A DNA stretch of 61,129 bases, the filler included, from an uncultured bacterium (GTDB taxonomy: Bacteria > CAZSTA01), in NCBI GenBank assembly GCA_964609495.1. It is 2 parts of 2 records of this genome, joined end to end, with 100 filler letters (N's around TTAATTAATTAA, not from the genome) between each part and the next. Parts side by side here need not be neighbours in the genome. Positions count along the whole stretch, not along the records: positions 1 to 31,263 come from CAZSTA010000020.1; 1 more part is not named here. One strand, written 5' to 3'. Shown piece after piece: positions 1 through 10,000 of the stretch (position 1 is the stretch's first letter; each line of letters starts with the position of its first letter). The position numbers and the translations under genes were made by a program. A model generated the notes under the pieces. The model was given only the letters and a program-made list of their open reading frames with translations. It ran no database searches and was not told the DNA's origin.

Positions 1-156
1 GGAGGGTGTAATACAAAGTAAATTAGATCTCAGATCCCAGATTTTATATGCTTCCTGAGTTAACTTCGTAGATGAAATTCGTGAGAATCACTAATAAAAT
101 GAGTTCGCATATTTTCATAAGCCTCATATTTTTTGAGCGGATCTTGGTAAAACTTC

Positions 157-185
157 TTGACATCATCTAATATCTGTGATATTCT
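157..185 (+). promoter_or_regulatory. sigma70-type promoter of nitrilase gene
   Basis: TTGACA-17nt-TATTCT with extended -10 TG. Confidence 0.55.
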
Positions 186-285
186 AATATAGAATTAATA
201 GTTCTTGGTATCTTTATCGGATAAATTTCTAGTAGATCTATTTTCAATGTAAAGATATTATAATCTTGGTGGGGGAGATGGGGAG

Positions 286-1167
286 ATGAGTCGGATAGTG
301 AAGGTAAGCACTGTGCAAATGAGGAGGCACAGGAAGGGGGAAAGGGTCACCTTAGAGGGCAATGTAAACGAGGCTTGTGTTAAGCTCAGTATGGCTGGGA
401 GGCAGGGAGTGGATATCGTTCTTCTTCCTGAGATGGCTACTATCTATGGAATGCGAAAGAAGGAGGCCTTAAAAACAGCACAAACTCTCTCGGATTGGAT
501 AGCAGGACGCTACATTCAAAAGGCCAGGCAATATGAGATGTATATTATCGGTTGGCTGATCGAGAAGGAGGATGGGAAACTATATAACACCTCCTTTATA
601 ATAGATAGATCGGGCGATATTATCGGTAAATATCGTAAGACTCATCTTACTCTTATGGAGATGGAGGATTGGAGGATCACGCCAGGGAATGAATATCCAG
701 TATTCAAAACGGATTTTGGAACCATTGGCATTATGATCTGCTTCGATAATCATTTCCCTGAAGTTCCCAGGATTTTAGCGTTAAAAGGGGCGGAGATAAT
801 ATTTTACCCTCTAGCTGGAGAGGAGCAGGAGGAATTGATCTGGGAAGTGATGCTCAGGTCGCGGGCTATAGATAACAGGGTTCATATCGTCTCCTCTCAA
901 GTTTACTATGGAGCTAGATCTTGCATCGTTGATAATGAGGGGTATATCATCGCCGATGCTGGGCATAAGCACGGGGTGGTCTCCGCGGAGATCGATCTGG
1001 ATAGAGAGGGACGCCTCTGCTATACGGTTAAGGATGAAGCTCATCCACTGCATAGGAAATTGCTATATTGGAAGTGTCGGCGTCCTGAGACCTATCAGGA
1101 GTTACTGAGGAAGGTTGAGATAGACATATCAGAGGTTCTGGCGGATGATTACGCCAAATTCGAGTGA
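286..1167 (+). CDS. carbon-nitrogen hydrolase (nitrilase superfamily)
   Basis: Glu-Lys-Cys triad motifs LLPE, KYRKTHL, ICFD..FPE; C-terminal RRPETY. Confidence 0.9.
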   Translation: MSRIVKVSTVQMRRHRKGERVTLEGNVNEACVKLSMAGRQGVDIVLLPEMATIYGMRKKEALKTAQTLSDWIAGRYIQKARQYEMYIIGWLIEKEDGKLYNTSFIIDRSGDIIGKYRKTHLTLMEMEDWRITPGNEYPVFKTDFGTIGIMICFDNHFPEVPRILALKGAEIIFYPLAGEEQEELIWEVMLRSRAIDNRVHIVSSQVYYGARSCIVDNEGYIIADAGHKHGVVSAEIDLDREGRLCYTVKDEAHPLHRKLLYWKCRRPETYQELLRKVEIDISEVLADDYAKFE

Positions 1168-1324
1168 TTACTCCCATTCGCCTTCTAGGGATTTTCACTC
1201 AGAGATCGTAATCCCTATCTCGATTAAGTTGACAAGTTTAACGTTTCAACTTTATCCACTCTTTTTTGACCTTCGAGTTGAACGTATTAAGGGTTTTTAA
1301 TACAACCTCATACCATTTTGGTTT

Positions 1325-1496
1325 CCCCCTCACCCTATCCCTCTCCCACGAGGGGAGAGGGGATTCTCGCTAGAACTGCTCTTTTTATTTTCCCCTCCCT
1401 CGATGGGAGGGGTTAGGGGAGGGTGACTTAACAAGATTCCTTGACAGCCTTATTAATTCAGCAAAAACCAAGATGGGAGGGGTTAGGGGAGGGTGA
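1325..1496. repeat. REP/REPIN-like GC-rich hairpin doublet plus partial extra copy
   Basis: CCCTCACCCTATCCCTCTCCCACGAGGGGAGAGGG...TCCCCTCCCTCGATGGGAGGGGTTAGGGGAGGGTG; right half repeated at 1472-1496; homologous copies near 12.6, 38.8, 52.0 and 53.7 kb. Confidence 0.85.
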
Positions 1497-1558
1497 TTTT
1501 AAACAATTCTCTCTGAAACTTCTTCGAATCTATTTAAATTGAAAGGAGATAAACACCT

Positions 1559-2605
1559 ATGCGGAAAGTTAAAGTAGGGTTCGTTGGATGCGGATTTATG
1601 GGACAATTAGCCCATCTCAGTAATTATCACGAGTTCGATAACTGTGAGGTAGTAGCGGTTGCCGATCTCAGATATGAGCTAGCCAAAAAGGTAGCGGATA
1701 AGTATCATATCCCCAAGGTATATAAGGATCATAAGGAACTAGCGGCTGATGATGAGATAGAGGCAGTAGTAGCTATACTATATTTTACTGCTAATGGCCC
1801 GGTAGCTAAGGATCTTCTAAATGCGGGTAAGCATGTCTTCTTGGAGAAACCTATGGCTTGTTCTCTAAAAGAGGCGGAGGAGATGGTCGAGACAGCGGAG
1901 AGGAACAGCGTCAAGCTTATGATCGGCTTTATGAAGAGATATGATAAAGGAGTGGAGAAAGGTAAAGCAGTTCTCGACAAGTGGAGAGGGACCGAGGAAC
2001 AGGGACCGATGACCTTCGTCCGCTCGCACTGTTTCGGGGGAGATTGGCTTTGCAATGTAGGAAGCCCTATTAAGACGGATGAACCTTATCCCACTATCAA
2101 ACTTGAGGATAGGCATCCTGGGTGGATGTCGGAGAAGATGGCTAAGGAGTTTGACGATTTCAACAATATCTTCTCTCACAATATCAACCTCCTCCGATTT
2201 TTATTAGGGGATGACTTGGAAATCGAGTTCGCTAAGTTCACTGATATCAGCAAGGCGATGGTTTTCCGCTTCGGAGAGGCGATGGGGACGATGGAGGGTG
2301 GCTATCTCTCCGCTAGATGGTGGGATGAGGAGACTAAGATATATTTCCGCGATGGTTGGATTAATATCTTAACTCCACCTCCGATGCACAAAAACACTCC
2401 TGCTCGGGTGGAGATCTATAGAGCTGGTGATAAGCAAGAGATCAGCTACCCTCTCGCTGAATGGAGTTGGGGATTTAGACTGGAGGGGGTCCATTTCCTA
2501 GATTGTATAATAAATGATAAAGAACCTCTGAGTTCAGGTAAAGACTCTCTTAGAGATATGGCGATCTCCGAGGCTATATTCCGAAAGAGATTGGAGGTCG
2601 ATTAG
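1559..2605 (+). CDS. Gfo/Idh/MocA family NAD(P)-dependent oxidoreductase
   Basis: N-terminal GCGFMG Rossmann motif, AGKHVFLEKP, GFMKRYD. Confidence 0.9.
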   Translation: MRKVKVGFVGCGFMGQLAHLSNYHEFDNCEVVAVADLRYELAKKVADKYHIPKVYKDHKELAADDEIEAVVAILYFTANGPVAKDLLNAGKHVFLEKPMACSLKEAEEMVETAERNSVKLMIGFMKRYDKGVEKGKAVLDKWRGTEEQGPMTFVRSHCFGGDWLCNVGSPIKTDEPYPTIKLEDRHPGWMSEKMAKEFDDFNNIFSHNINLLRFLLGDDLEIEFAKFTDISKAMVFRFGEAMGTMEGGYLSARWWDEETKIYFRDGWINILTPPPMHKNTPARVEIYRAGDKQEISYPLAEWSWGFRLEGVHFLDCIINDKEPLSSGKDSLRDMAISEAIFRKRLEVD

Positions 2606-2666
2606 GAATAACGAAGCATTGGTTAGATCCCCGATCACTTCTGCTATCAACCGAAAGGAGAAAAGG

Positions 2667-3384
2667 GTGCTAAATTTATCGGCTAAAGAGAGATTAATCC
2701 TAGCTTTAGATGTGGATAAGGCGGATACCTCGCTAGATTGGGTAGATAGATTGAAAGATTATGTAGGTATTTTCAAAGTGGGTATGCAACTCTTCAGTGC
2801 AGTTGGACCTAGGATTATATCGGATATAAAGGATATGGGAGTTCGTGTCTTTTATGATTCCAAGTTTCATGATATTCCCGTTACGGTAGCTTCTGCCAGC
2901 GTTGAGGTCACTAAACTAGGAGTTTATATGTTCAATGTGCATGCCCTAGGAGGCGAGCAGATGTTGAGAATGGCCGTTGAGGCTAGAGATAGGGTTGCCC
3001 AAGAGATGGGGATAGATAAGCCTATTCTGTTAGGGGTAACTGTTCTTACCAGTATGAATCAGAGAGCTTTAGAGGATGTGGGAGTGGGTATAAGCTTGGA
3101 CAAGCAAGTTCTTCGTCTAGCACNNNNNNNNNNATGGGGTAATAACCTCTCCTCGTGAAACCCAGCTAGTTCGAGAGACCTTCGGGGAGAATTTCATTAT
3201 AGTTACACCTGGGGTAAGACCGATTGGAGTTTCTCATAATGATCAGAGGCGAACAATGACACCGGGAGAGGCTATAAAGGCAGGATCAGATTTTCTGGTG
3301 ATAGGTCGCCCTATACTTAAAGCAGAAGATCCTATTAAGGCGATTGGGGATATACTGAGGGAGATCGAGGAGGCTTTAAATTGA
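2667..3384 (+). CDS. pyrF: orotidine-5'-phosphate decarboxylase, interrupted by 10-N assembly gap (3124-3133)
   Basis: LILALD, KVG, DSKFHDIP motifs; after the gap it continues as GVITSP...VTPGVRP...DQRR.MTP..AIKAGSDFLVIGRPI, with TGA overlapping the pyrE start; GTG start after AAGGAG. Confidence 0.9.
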
Positions 3385-3938
3385 CCGAAAAAGAGGTAAT
3401 TGAAATATTTAAGAAGACTGAAACTATAAAGAAAGGACACTTCCGTCTCGCCTCGGGATTGCATAGTGGAATTTATTTGCAGAAATGTCAAATCCTGCAA
3501 TATCCAGAATGGACGGAGAAATTAGGCGCCGAACTTGCCTCGAGATTTAAAGATGATAGGGTGGAGCTGGTAATTGGCCCAGCTGTGGGTGGGATTATTC
3601 TAACTTATGAGACAGCTAGAGCTTTAGGAGCGCGTAATATCTTTGCTGAGAAGATAGAGGGTAAGAGAGGGCTCCGCTGGGGATTCGATATAAAGCCAGG
3701 GGAGAGAACGCTGGTAGTGGATGACATAGCGACTACTGGAACGTCAGTTAAGGATGTTATCGAGTTGGTGAAGGATAAAGGAGGATATCTAGTAGGGGTG
3801 GGATTGCTAGCGGATCGTAGTGGAGGTAAGTTAGATTTTGGGGTCAGAGTTGAGGCTTTAGCTACTTTGGATATCAAAACCTATTCTCCGAATGATTGTC
3901 CTCTTTGTAAGAGAGGTATCCCTCTATTAGAGACTTGA
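3381..3938 (+). CDS. pyrE: orotate phosphoribosyltransferase
   Basis: GHFRLASGLHS, PRPP motif LVVDDIATTGTS; coupled to pyrF. Confidence 0.92.
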   Translation: MTEKEVIEIFKKTETIKKGHFRLASGLHSGIYLQKCQILQYPEWTEKLGAELASRFKDDRVELVIGPAVGGIILTYETARALGARNIFAEKIEGKRGLRWGFDIKPGERTLVVDDIATTGTSVKDVIELVKDKGGYLVGVGLLADRSGGKLDFGVRVEALATLDIKTYSPNDCPLCKRGIPLLET

Positions 3939-3988
3939 AGGGCGAGAATTTAGGAAGAAGTGAGATCAATTCCAGTGAGGTTTTTACT

Positions 3989-5524
3989 ATGACGCCTCGA
4001 TATATCCTAGCTCATGATATAGGCACAACAGGTGATAAGGCAGCCCTGTATAACTCGTCTGGCGATATGATAGCAAGTTCCTTCTCCGCCTACGAGACCT
4101 ACTATCCCCATATCAACTGGGCGGAGCAGGATCCAAATGATTGGTGGGAAGCGTTTTGTAATTCTACGAAGCGGCTTATTAAGGAAGCAAAGATATTCCC
4201 CGGTGATATAGAATGTATCTCCTTTAGTGGACAGATGATGGGTTGCCTTCCAATAGACAAGGATGGAGTTCCCTTGAGACGCTCAATAATTTGGGCAGAT
4301 CAGCGAAGTATCAAGCAAGCTGAGTTAATCGGAAAGCTGATCAGCGAGGAGCGAGTCTATCGTATAACAGGACATCGGATTAGTCCCACCTACTCCGCCG
4401 CTAAGATCTTGTGGATAAAGGAGAATCATCCTGATATCTTCTCTAAAACCTACAAGTTTCTTCATGCCAAAGATTATATAGTGCATCATCTCACGGGGGA
4501 ATTTCTGACCGATTATTCGGATGCCTCCAGCATGAATCTCTTTGACATCACCAAATTGGAATGGTCGGAGGAGATCCTAGAGGCGCTGGGTATCCCTCTC
4601 GAAAAACTTCCTGAATTGCATTCTTCAATTGACATTGTGGGAGAGGTGACTGAGAAAGCCGCGTTAGAGAGCGGTTTGGAGAAGGGAACGCTGGTGGTTA
4701 TGGGAGGAGGAGATGGCCCATGCGCCGCAGTGGGAGCAGGGGTAGTGAGAGAAGGAAGTGCCTACTGTTATATCGGCTCTTCCTCATGGATAGCTTTAGC
4801 TACCCCCAAGCCGATCTATGATCCAGATAGGAGAACTTTTAACTTCTATCACCTTCATCCTCGCTTGGTAACGCCCACTGGAACTATGCAGAGTGCTGGG
4901 GGATCGTATCAATGGCTCAAACGCAATATTTGTTTGAGTGAGACTAAAGCCGCTGAGGAAGCAGGAGTCGATCCCTACGAGATTATGAACCTGAAGGCGG
5001 AGATGGTCGAGGCTGGTTCTGACAATCTCCTTTTTCTGCCCTATCTGATGGGGGAGAGGAGTCCCCATTGGAATCCCTATGCTAGAGGAGTATTTTTGGG
5101 ATTAACCCAGACTCACAGACGAGAACATATTATTAGATCTGTCCTGGAGGGTGTGACCTTCAATCTACGCATTATCTTAGAGGCATTTCAGCGTCAAGGA
5201 GCAGATATAAAATCGATCAAAGTTATAGGAGGCGGAGCTAAGGGAAGATTGTGGCGGCAGATAATGGCTGATATATTCGATAAGCCGATCGCCAGGCCTG
5301 CCTTATTAGAAGAGGCTACCTCCCTGGGAGCGGCAATAGCTGGCGGAATAGGAGTGGGGATCTTCGAGGACTTCTCCATAGCCGAACAATTAGTGAAAAT
5401 AATAGAGGTCCAAGTCCCTAATCCAGCGGTGCGGGATAGGTATGATGAATTATACAGGATATTTGTCGAGGCTTATGAGGTATTAGTCCCCATCTATGAC
5501 AAATTAGCCAAATTTGAGCGATGA
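3989..5524 (+). CDS. FGGY-family carbohydrate kinase (xylulokinase-like)
   Basis: HDIGTT, SGQMMG, WADQR, GGGDG, FLPYLMGERSP, GGGAK motifs; ATG at 3989 after GAGG. Confidence 0.88.
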   Translation: MTPRYILAHDIGTTGDKAALYNSSGDMIASSFSAYETYYPHINWAEQDPNDWWEAFCNSTKRLIKEAKIFPGDIECISFSGQMMGCLPIDKDGVPLRRSIIWADQRSIKQAELIGKLISEERVYRITGHRISPTYSAAKILWIKENHPDIFSKTYKFLHAKDYIVHHLTGEFLTDYSDASSMNLFDITKLEWSEEILEALGIPLEKLPELHSSIDIVGEVTEKAALESGLEKGTLVVMGGGDGPCAAVGAGVVREGSAYCYIGSSSWIALATPKPIYDPDRRTFNFYHLHPRLVTPTGTMQSAGGSYQWLKRNICLSETKAAEEAGVDPYEIMNLKAEMVEAGSDNLLFLPYLMGERSPHWNPYARGVFLGLTQTHRREHIIRSVLEGVTFNLRIILEAFQRQGADIKSIKVIGGGAKGRLWRQIMADIFDKPIARPALLEEATSLGAAIAGGIGVGIFEDFSIAEQLVKIIEVQVPNPAVRDRYDELYRIFVEAYEVLVPIYDKLAKFER

Positions 5525-5533
5525 TAATTGTTT

Positions 5534-7048
5534 CTAGATTATCTTAGCGAAACTCGAGAGGTTCAAGAACGCCAAGAAAATGAGGATAATGAGGAGGATA
5601 ATAAGTGTCACTATTTTCTTTAAAGGTCTCCTTCTCTTTCTCTCTTTAACTTTAAGCTGAGATACTGGTACTAAAGGTATCACCCCTAGAACGGGAGCCT
5701 CTAAATACTTATTCACATCCTCTACCGATTTGATGGTGTTATCCAGATATTCGAAGAAGAAAGCTAATCCGATACCCATCACCAATCCTACTAGCGCTCC
5801 AAAGAGAGCCTTCAGATTCCGCCGAGGGGGATTTATAGGCTCCTCTGGCTCGATAGCTGGATCGATCACCCGAATGTTTCCTACCTCCATAGCCTCGGCG
5901 ATATGCATATCCTCCAGCCTCTCCAAAAGAAGCATATAGGTCTTTTCAACCGTGCTAAGCTCTCGGTTTAGGCGAGTAATTTGAAGCTCTTCAGTAGGGA
6001 GATCGTTGACCTTCGATTCATATTGGCTGACTATAGCCTCTAGGGCCTTCTCCTTGGCTTGTAAGGCCATTACTTCTGTATCTATATCGATCAGTTGGAG
6101 AAATAGATCTTGGTGTATAGGATTCAGAGTAGAGGATACGGTCTTAGACCCTTGAGTCAATTCCTTTTGAATCTGTTTCTTAATAGCATCTATCTCGGCT
6201 CTCACCCTTGTGACATCAGGATGCTTCTCGGTCACCTTATTAAGCAGGCTAGCCAATTGGATCTCCGAGGTCGTAAGCTTGCTGCGAAGCTGTTGAATCA
6301 TCGGGCTCTCAGCTCCTGAGCTAGCGAGCAATTTGCTCTGTTTGCTAAGCTCGGCACTTATCTTATCTCGCTTTATATTCAATTGCTCCAGCGACATTTT
6401 AGTCGTGGCCAAATCCGCCTCGAACTGAGATAGCTTATTGATCATCATCGACGTCTTTGTCTCCATCGAGACCATCTCGTTAGCTTGTTTGAATTGCAAT
6501 AGGTTAGCCTCAGCCTGATGGAGAGCTTTTTCAGTGTCGCTAAGTTGCTTCTCTAGAAAAATACGAGCACTTTTTACATCCACTTGCCGAGCCTCTCTAT
6601 TCTCATCTATAATGATCTGGGCGATCGTATCCGTAATGAGCTTCGCCTCTCTCGGATCTAAGGATTTAGCGGAGATGCGAAGAATGCCGGTATCGGTATT
6701 ACCAGATCTCACTGGCACTATATCGATGTTTTCCGTTATTTCATCAATATGACTCTCATCTAATCCCAGCCGCTTCACAACCTCCCCTATAACCGTGCGC
6801 GTCTTTATAATTTCGATCAATTCCGCGGTATTCACTTGTTTATTGAGATTAATGCCTGGGATTATAGATCGATCTAAGGAGGATTGGACTCCCTCAGAGG
6901 ATATGAGGATGGTAGTTGTAGCTTTATAAATAGGTTGCCAAGGGGAATAGATGGCGAATAGATATGCTGATAAAGAGACTATCACAAAAGCTTGGATGAC
7001 GATCCATTTTCTCCTCAGAAGCACCCTAATATACTCCTGTAGTTCCAT
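5534..7048 (-). CDS. polysaccharide co-polymerase (Wzz/GumC/Wzc-N) without tyrosine kinase domain
   Basis: MELQEYIRVLLRRKW + TM, coiled coil with TEKHPDV, IRVIDPA..P..PI.P, second TM, EYLDNTIKS..DV...L.APVLGVIP; no Walker A. Confidence 0.88.
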   Translation of the reverse strand: MELQEYIRVLLRRKWIVIQAFVIVSLSAYLFAIYSPWQPIYKATTTILISSEGVQSSLDRSIIPGINLNKQVNTAELIEIIKTRTVIGEVVKRLGLDESHIDEITENIDIVPVRSGNTDTGILRISAKSLDPREAKLITDTIAQIIIDENREARQVDVKSARIFLEKQLSDTEKALHQAEANLLQFKQANEMVSMETKTSMMINKLSQFEADLATTKMSLEQLNIKRDKISAELSKQSKLLASSGAESPMIQQLRSKLTTSEIQLASLLNKVTEKHPDVTRVRAEIDAIKKQIQKELTQGSKTVSSTLNPIHQDLFLQLIDIDTEVMALQAKEKALEAIVSQYESKVNDLPTEELQITRLNRELSTVEKTYMLLLERLEDMHIAEAMEVGNIRVIDPAIEPEEPINPPRRNLKALFGALVGLVMGIGLAFFFEYLDNTIKSVEDVNKYLEAPVLGVIPLVPVSQLKVKERKRRRPLKKIVTLIILLIILIFLAFLNLSSFAKII

Positions 7049-7094
7049 CTTTTCCTCCTTTCAATATAGAGTAGAAATATGCTCAATCTCTATC

Positions 7095-10000
7095 CTAGAA
7101 TGTTTCTTTTAAAGTATCTCTGAATTCCAAAGTCAGATTTAAGCCATTCACAACCGTGGTAACCCATTTCAGAACGCTATTCCAATCCGTTCGGGAGGTC
7201 TTTGGGACGAAGACTACATCGCCAGGTAGTAGAAGGACATCTTGAGTTACATCTCCTTTATTTATCAGTCTGCGCACATCAGCAGGTAGCATCTGAGGTT
7301 CTCCTGTAACTCCTCTTATGATCCTAACTCTGCTTAGAACAGCTTTATCAGTAACCCCGCCAGCTAAGCTTATGGCTTGCAGAACAGTGGTATAATCTTC
7401 ATATCTGAATACTCCAGGGTTCTTGACCTCTCCTAGGACGTAGAGCCGATTCTCAGTCTTCTCTGGGATGAAGATCGTATCCCCTAACTTAAGAGATATA
7501 TCTTGGCTCTGATCTCCCTCTAATAGAAGCCTCCTCAGGTTTACCTGACGCGATCCCTCCTCCTCTCGACCGATGACAGTCGCAGATAGAGAGGCGTTAG
7601 CCGCTGGCCCTCCAGCCTTAGTGATAATCTTGAGCAGACTTTCTCCGGGCTTCATCTCATAAGCTCCGGGTCTATTCACCTGTCCTAGGACTAAGATCTG
7701 ATTCTCCCCAATATCGGGGATAAAGATGCTATCACCTGATTGCAACAAGAGGTTATAGCTAGCGTCACCTTTGTTAAACAGTCGATCCAAGTCGATATCA
7801 ACTAATCTGCCAGCTCTGGTAAGAGTAGCAGAGGATAGATCAGCTCTCTCCGTTGGGCCTCCTGCCTCAACGAGCATATCCAATAGGGAAGCTCTTTCTT
7901 TCAGTTTATATGAGCCGGGCTTGGCTACCTGTCCTAAGATAGTAACCTCGCCCTCGGCTTTCTTGGGGATAAATATGAGGTCATTCGGTTTAAGAGGAAG
8001 ATTCTGACTCAGATCTCCTTTCTCTAGGAGGCCTCGGACATCCCTCTCCAGCACCTGATTTTCCCGAGCGATAGTAGTCTTTGTCAGAAGGGCTTGCTCT
8101 GTTGGCCCTCCTGCTTTGGTGATTATATCCACCAATGTCTCATTGGCCTCGAGCGGATACGAGCCTGGTTGCCCGATCTGCCCTAGAATCAATACCTGCT
8201 CACCGCCCTTCTTCCTTATGATTATGGTATCCTTACTGCGTAGAGTAACATCGAACTTTGTATCTCCTTCCAAGAGCAACTTGCTTAGATCTACGGTTAT
8301 CCTCTCCTCGTCCCTAGTAACGATGGCACTTGTGTTATAAGCATCTTCACTCACGCCACCTGCCCGAGCGATGACATCTAGTAGAGTAGTAGTTCCCTCT
8401 ATGATATTATATGAGCCCGGCCTAGGCACCTGACCGAAGAGGAAGACGTTAGCCTCGGTCGCGACCTCTGGAACAAAGATGGTATCTCCATTCTCAAGAG
8501 GTATATTCTGACTAGTATCTCCTTGTTTAAATAACCTCTCGAGGTCAACGGACAGCGTTCTGATGCCCCTTTGGATTGTCGCTTTTGCTTGAGCCTCCTT
8601 CTTCACGCCCCCAGCTTTGGTGATGAGATCGAGCAATGTATCCCCGGGGCTTAGTTGATAGATACCTGGCTTCTCAACCTCTCCAAATAGGGTAACCTTT
8701 TCTTCTGAGACTGTAACCCTGGGGATGAGGAGCAGGTCTCCACTCTCAAGTGGAACATCATAGCTTGTATCTCCCTTCTCCAAGAGGGATACCAGATCGA
8801 TATCTATCCTCTCCTCTCCTCTAGTCAGAAGAGATTCGGCAAGATCAGCATCAGAGGAAGGACCTCCCGCCCTGAGTATCAACTTGAGCAAGGTATCTCC
8901 CTTCTCTATCTTATATATCCCTGGTCCAGCAACTTGACCAAGGATCGAAACCTCTCCTGCTCCCATAAGTTCTGGAACGATTACCAGATCTCTATCCTCT
9001 AACGCGATGTTCTTGCTCATATCACCTCTCTCAAATAAGGAGATCAAGTCTAAGGATATCCTTTCCTCTCCTCTTATCAAAGAAGCTTTCTCTAGGTCTG
9101 CCTTCTCCGTCATTCCTCCTGCTTGAACTATTACTTCAAGTAGGGTATCTTTCCGCCTGATCTCATAAGCTCCTGGTCTGGCTACTTGACCTAAGATTGA
9201 TACTTTCCCGATTTGTGGTTCTAACTCTATAAGTCGAGGAAGCAGGATTAGATCTCCATTATTCAAGCTTAAATTTTTACTTCTATCGCCCTTTTCCAGC
9301 AGGGAAGCCAGATCTAAGGCGATCTGACTGTCTCCTCTGGAGAGAAGAGCATCAGTGAGATCAGCATCCCTGGCGGGGCCTCCTGCTCTAACGATCACCT
9401 CGAGCAAGGTGTCTCCCTCTCTAATCTCATAAGCCCCCGGATTATTGATCGCTCCTAATAGCGAAACCTCTCCTATCACCGGAGCAGCCTCGGCTATCTC
9501 AGGAATTATTATCAGATCGTTCCTCTGAAGTGGAATATCCGCGCTCATATCACCTTTGAGAAGGGAGGCTAAATTAATAATTCTTCTTTCCTCGCCTCTC
9601 ACCAAAGAAGCCTGAGATAAATCAGCTTCATCAGTTGTTCCTCCTGCTTCGACTACCACCTTGAGTAAGGTGTCATCCTCTCTTATCTTGTATAGTCCAG
9701 GTTTAGCTACCTCTCCCAAGAGAGCTACCTCTCCTATCTCCTCTCTTAGCTCTGGTATCTTGGGAATGACGATTAAATCCCCTCTCTGTAAAGGTAAGTC
9801 CTTACTCGTATCTCCTTCCTTGAGGAGAGCTTGAAGCTCTAAAGCTTGCTTCTCTTCCCCTCTCACCAAGGAAGCCTGAGATAGATCAGCTTCATCAGTT
9901 GTTCCTCCGGCTTCGACTATCACCTTGAGTAAGGTATCATCCTCCCTTATCTTGTATAGTCCAGGTCTAGCTACCTCTCCTAAGAGAGCTACTTCTCCTA

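Noticed and set aside
44-127. 27-aa hydrophobic minus-strand ORF (MRLMKICELILLVIL...)
   Set aside because: Weak RBS and no recognisable homology; unsupported
3124-3158. Apparent frameshift or premature stop in pyrF
   Set aside because: Caused by a 10-N placeholder gap; the conserved C-terminus continues in another frame
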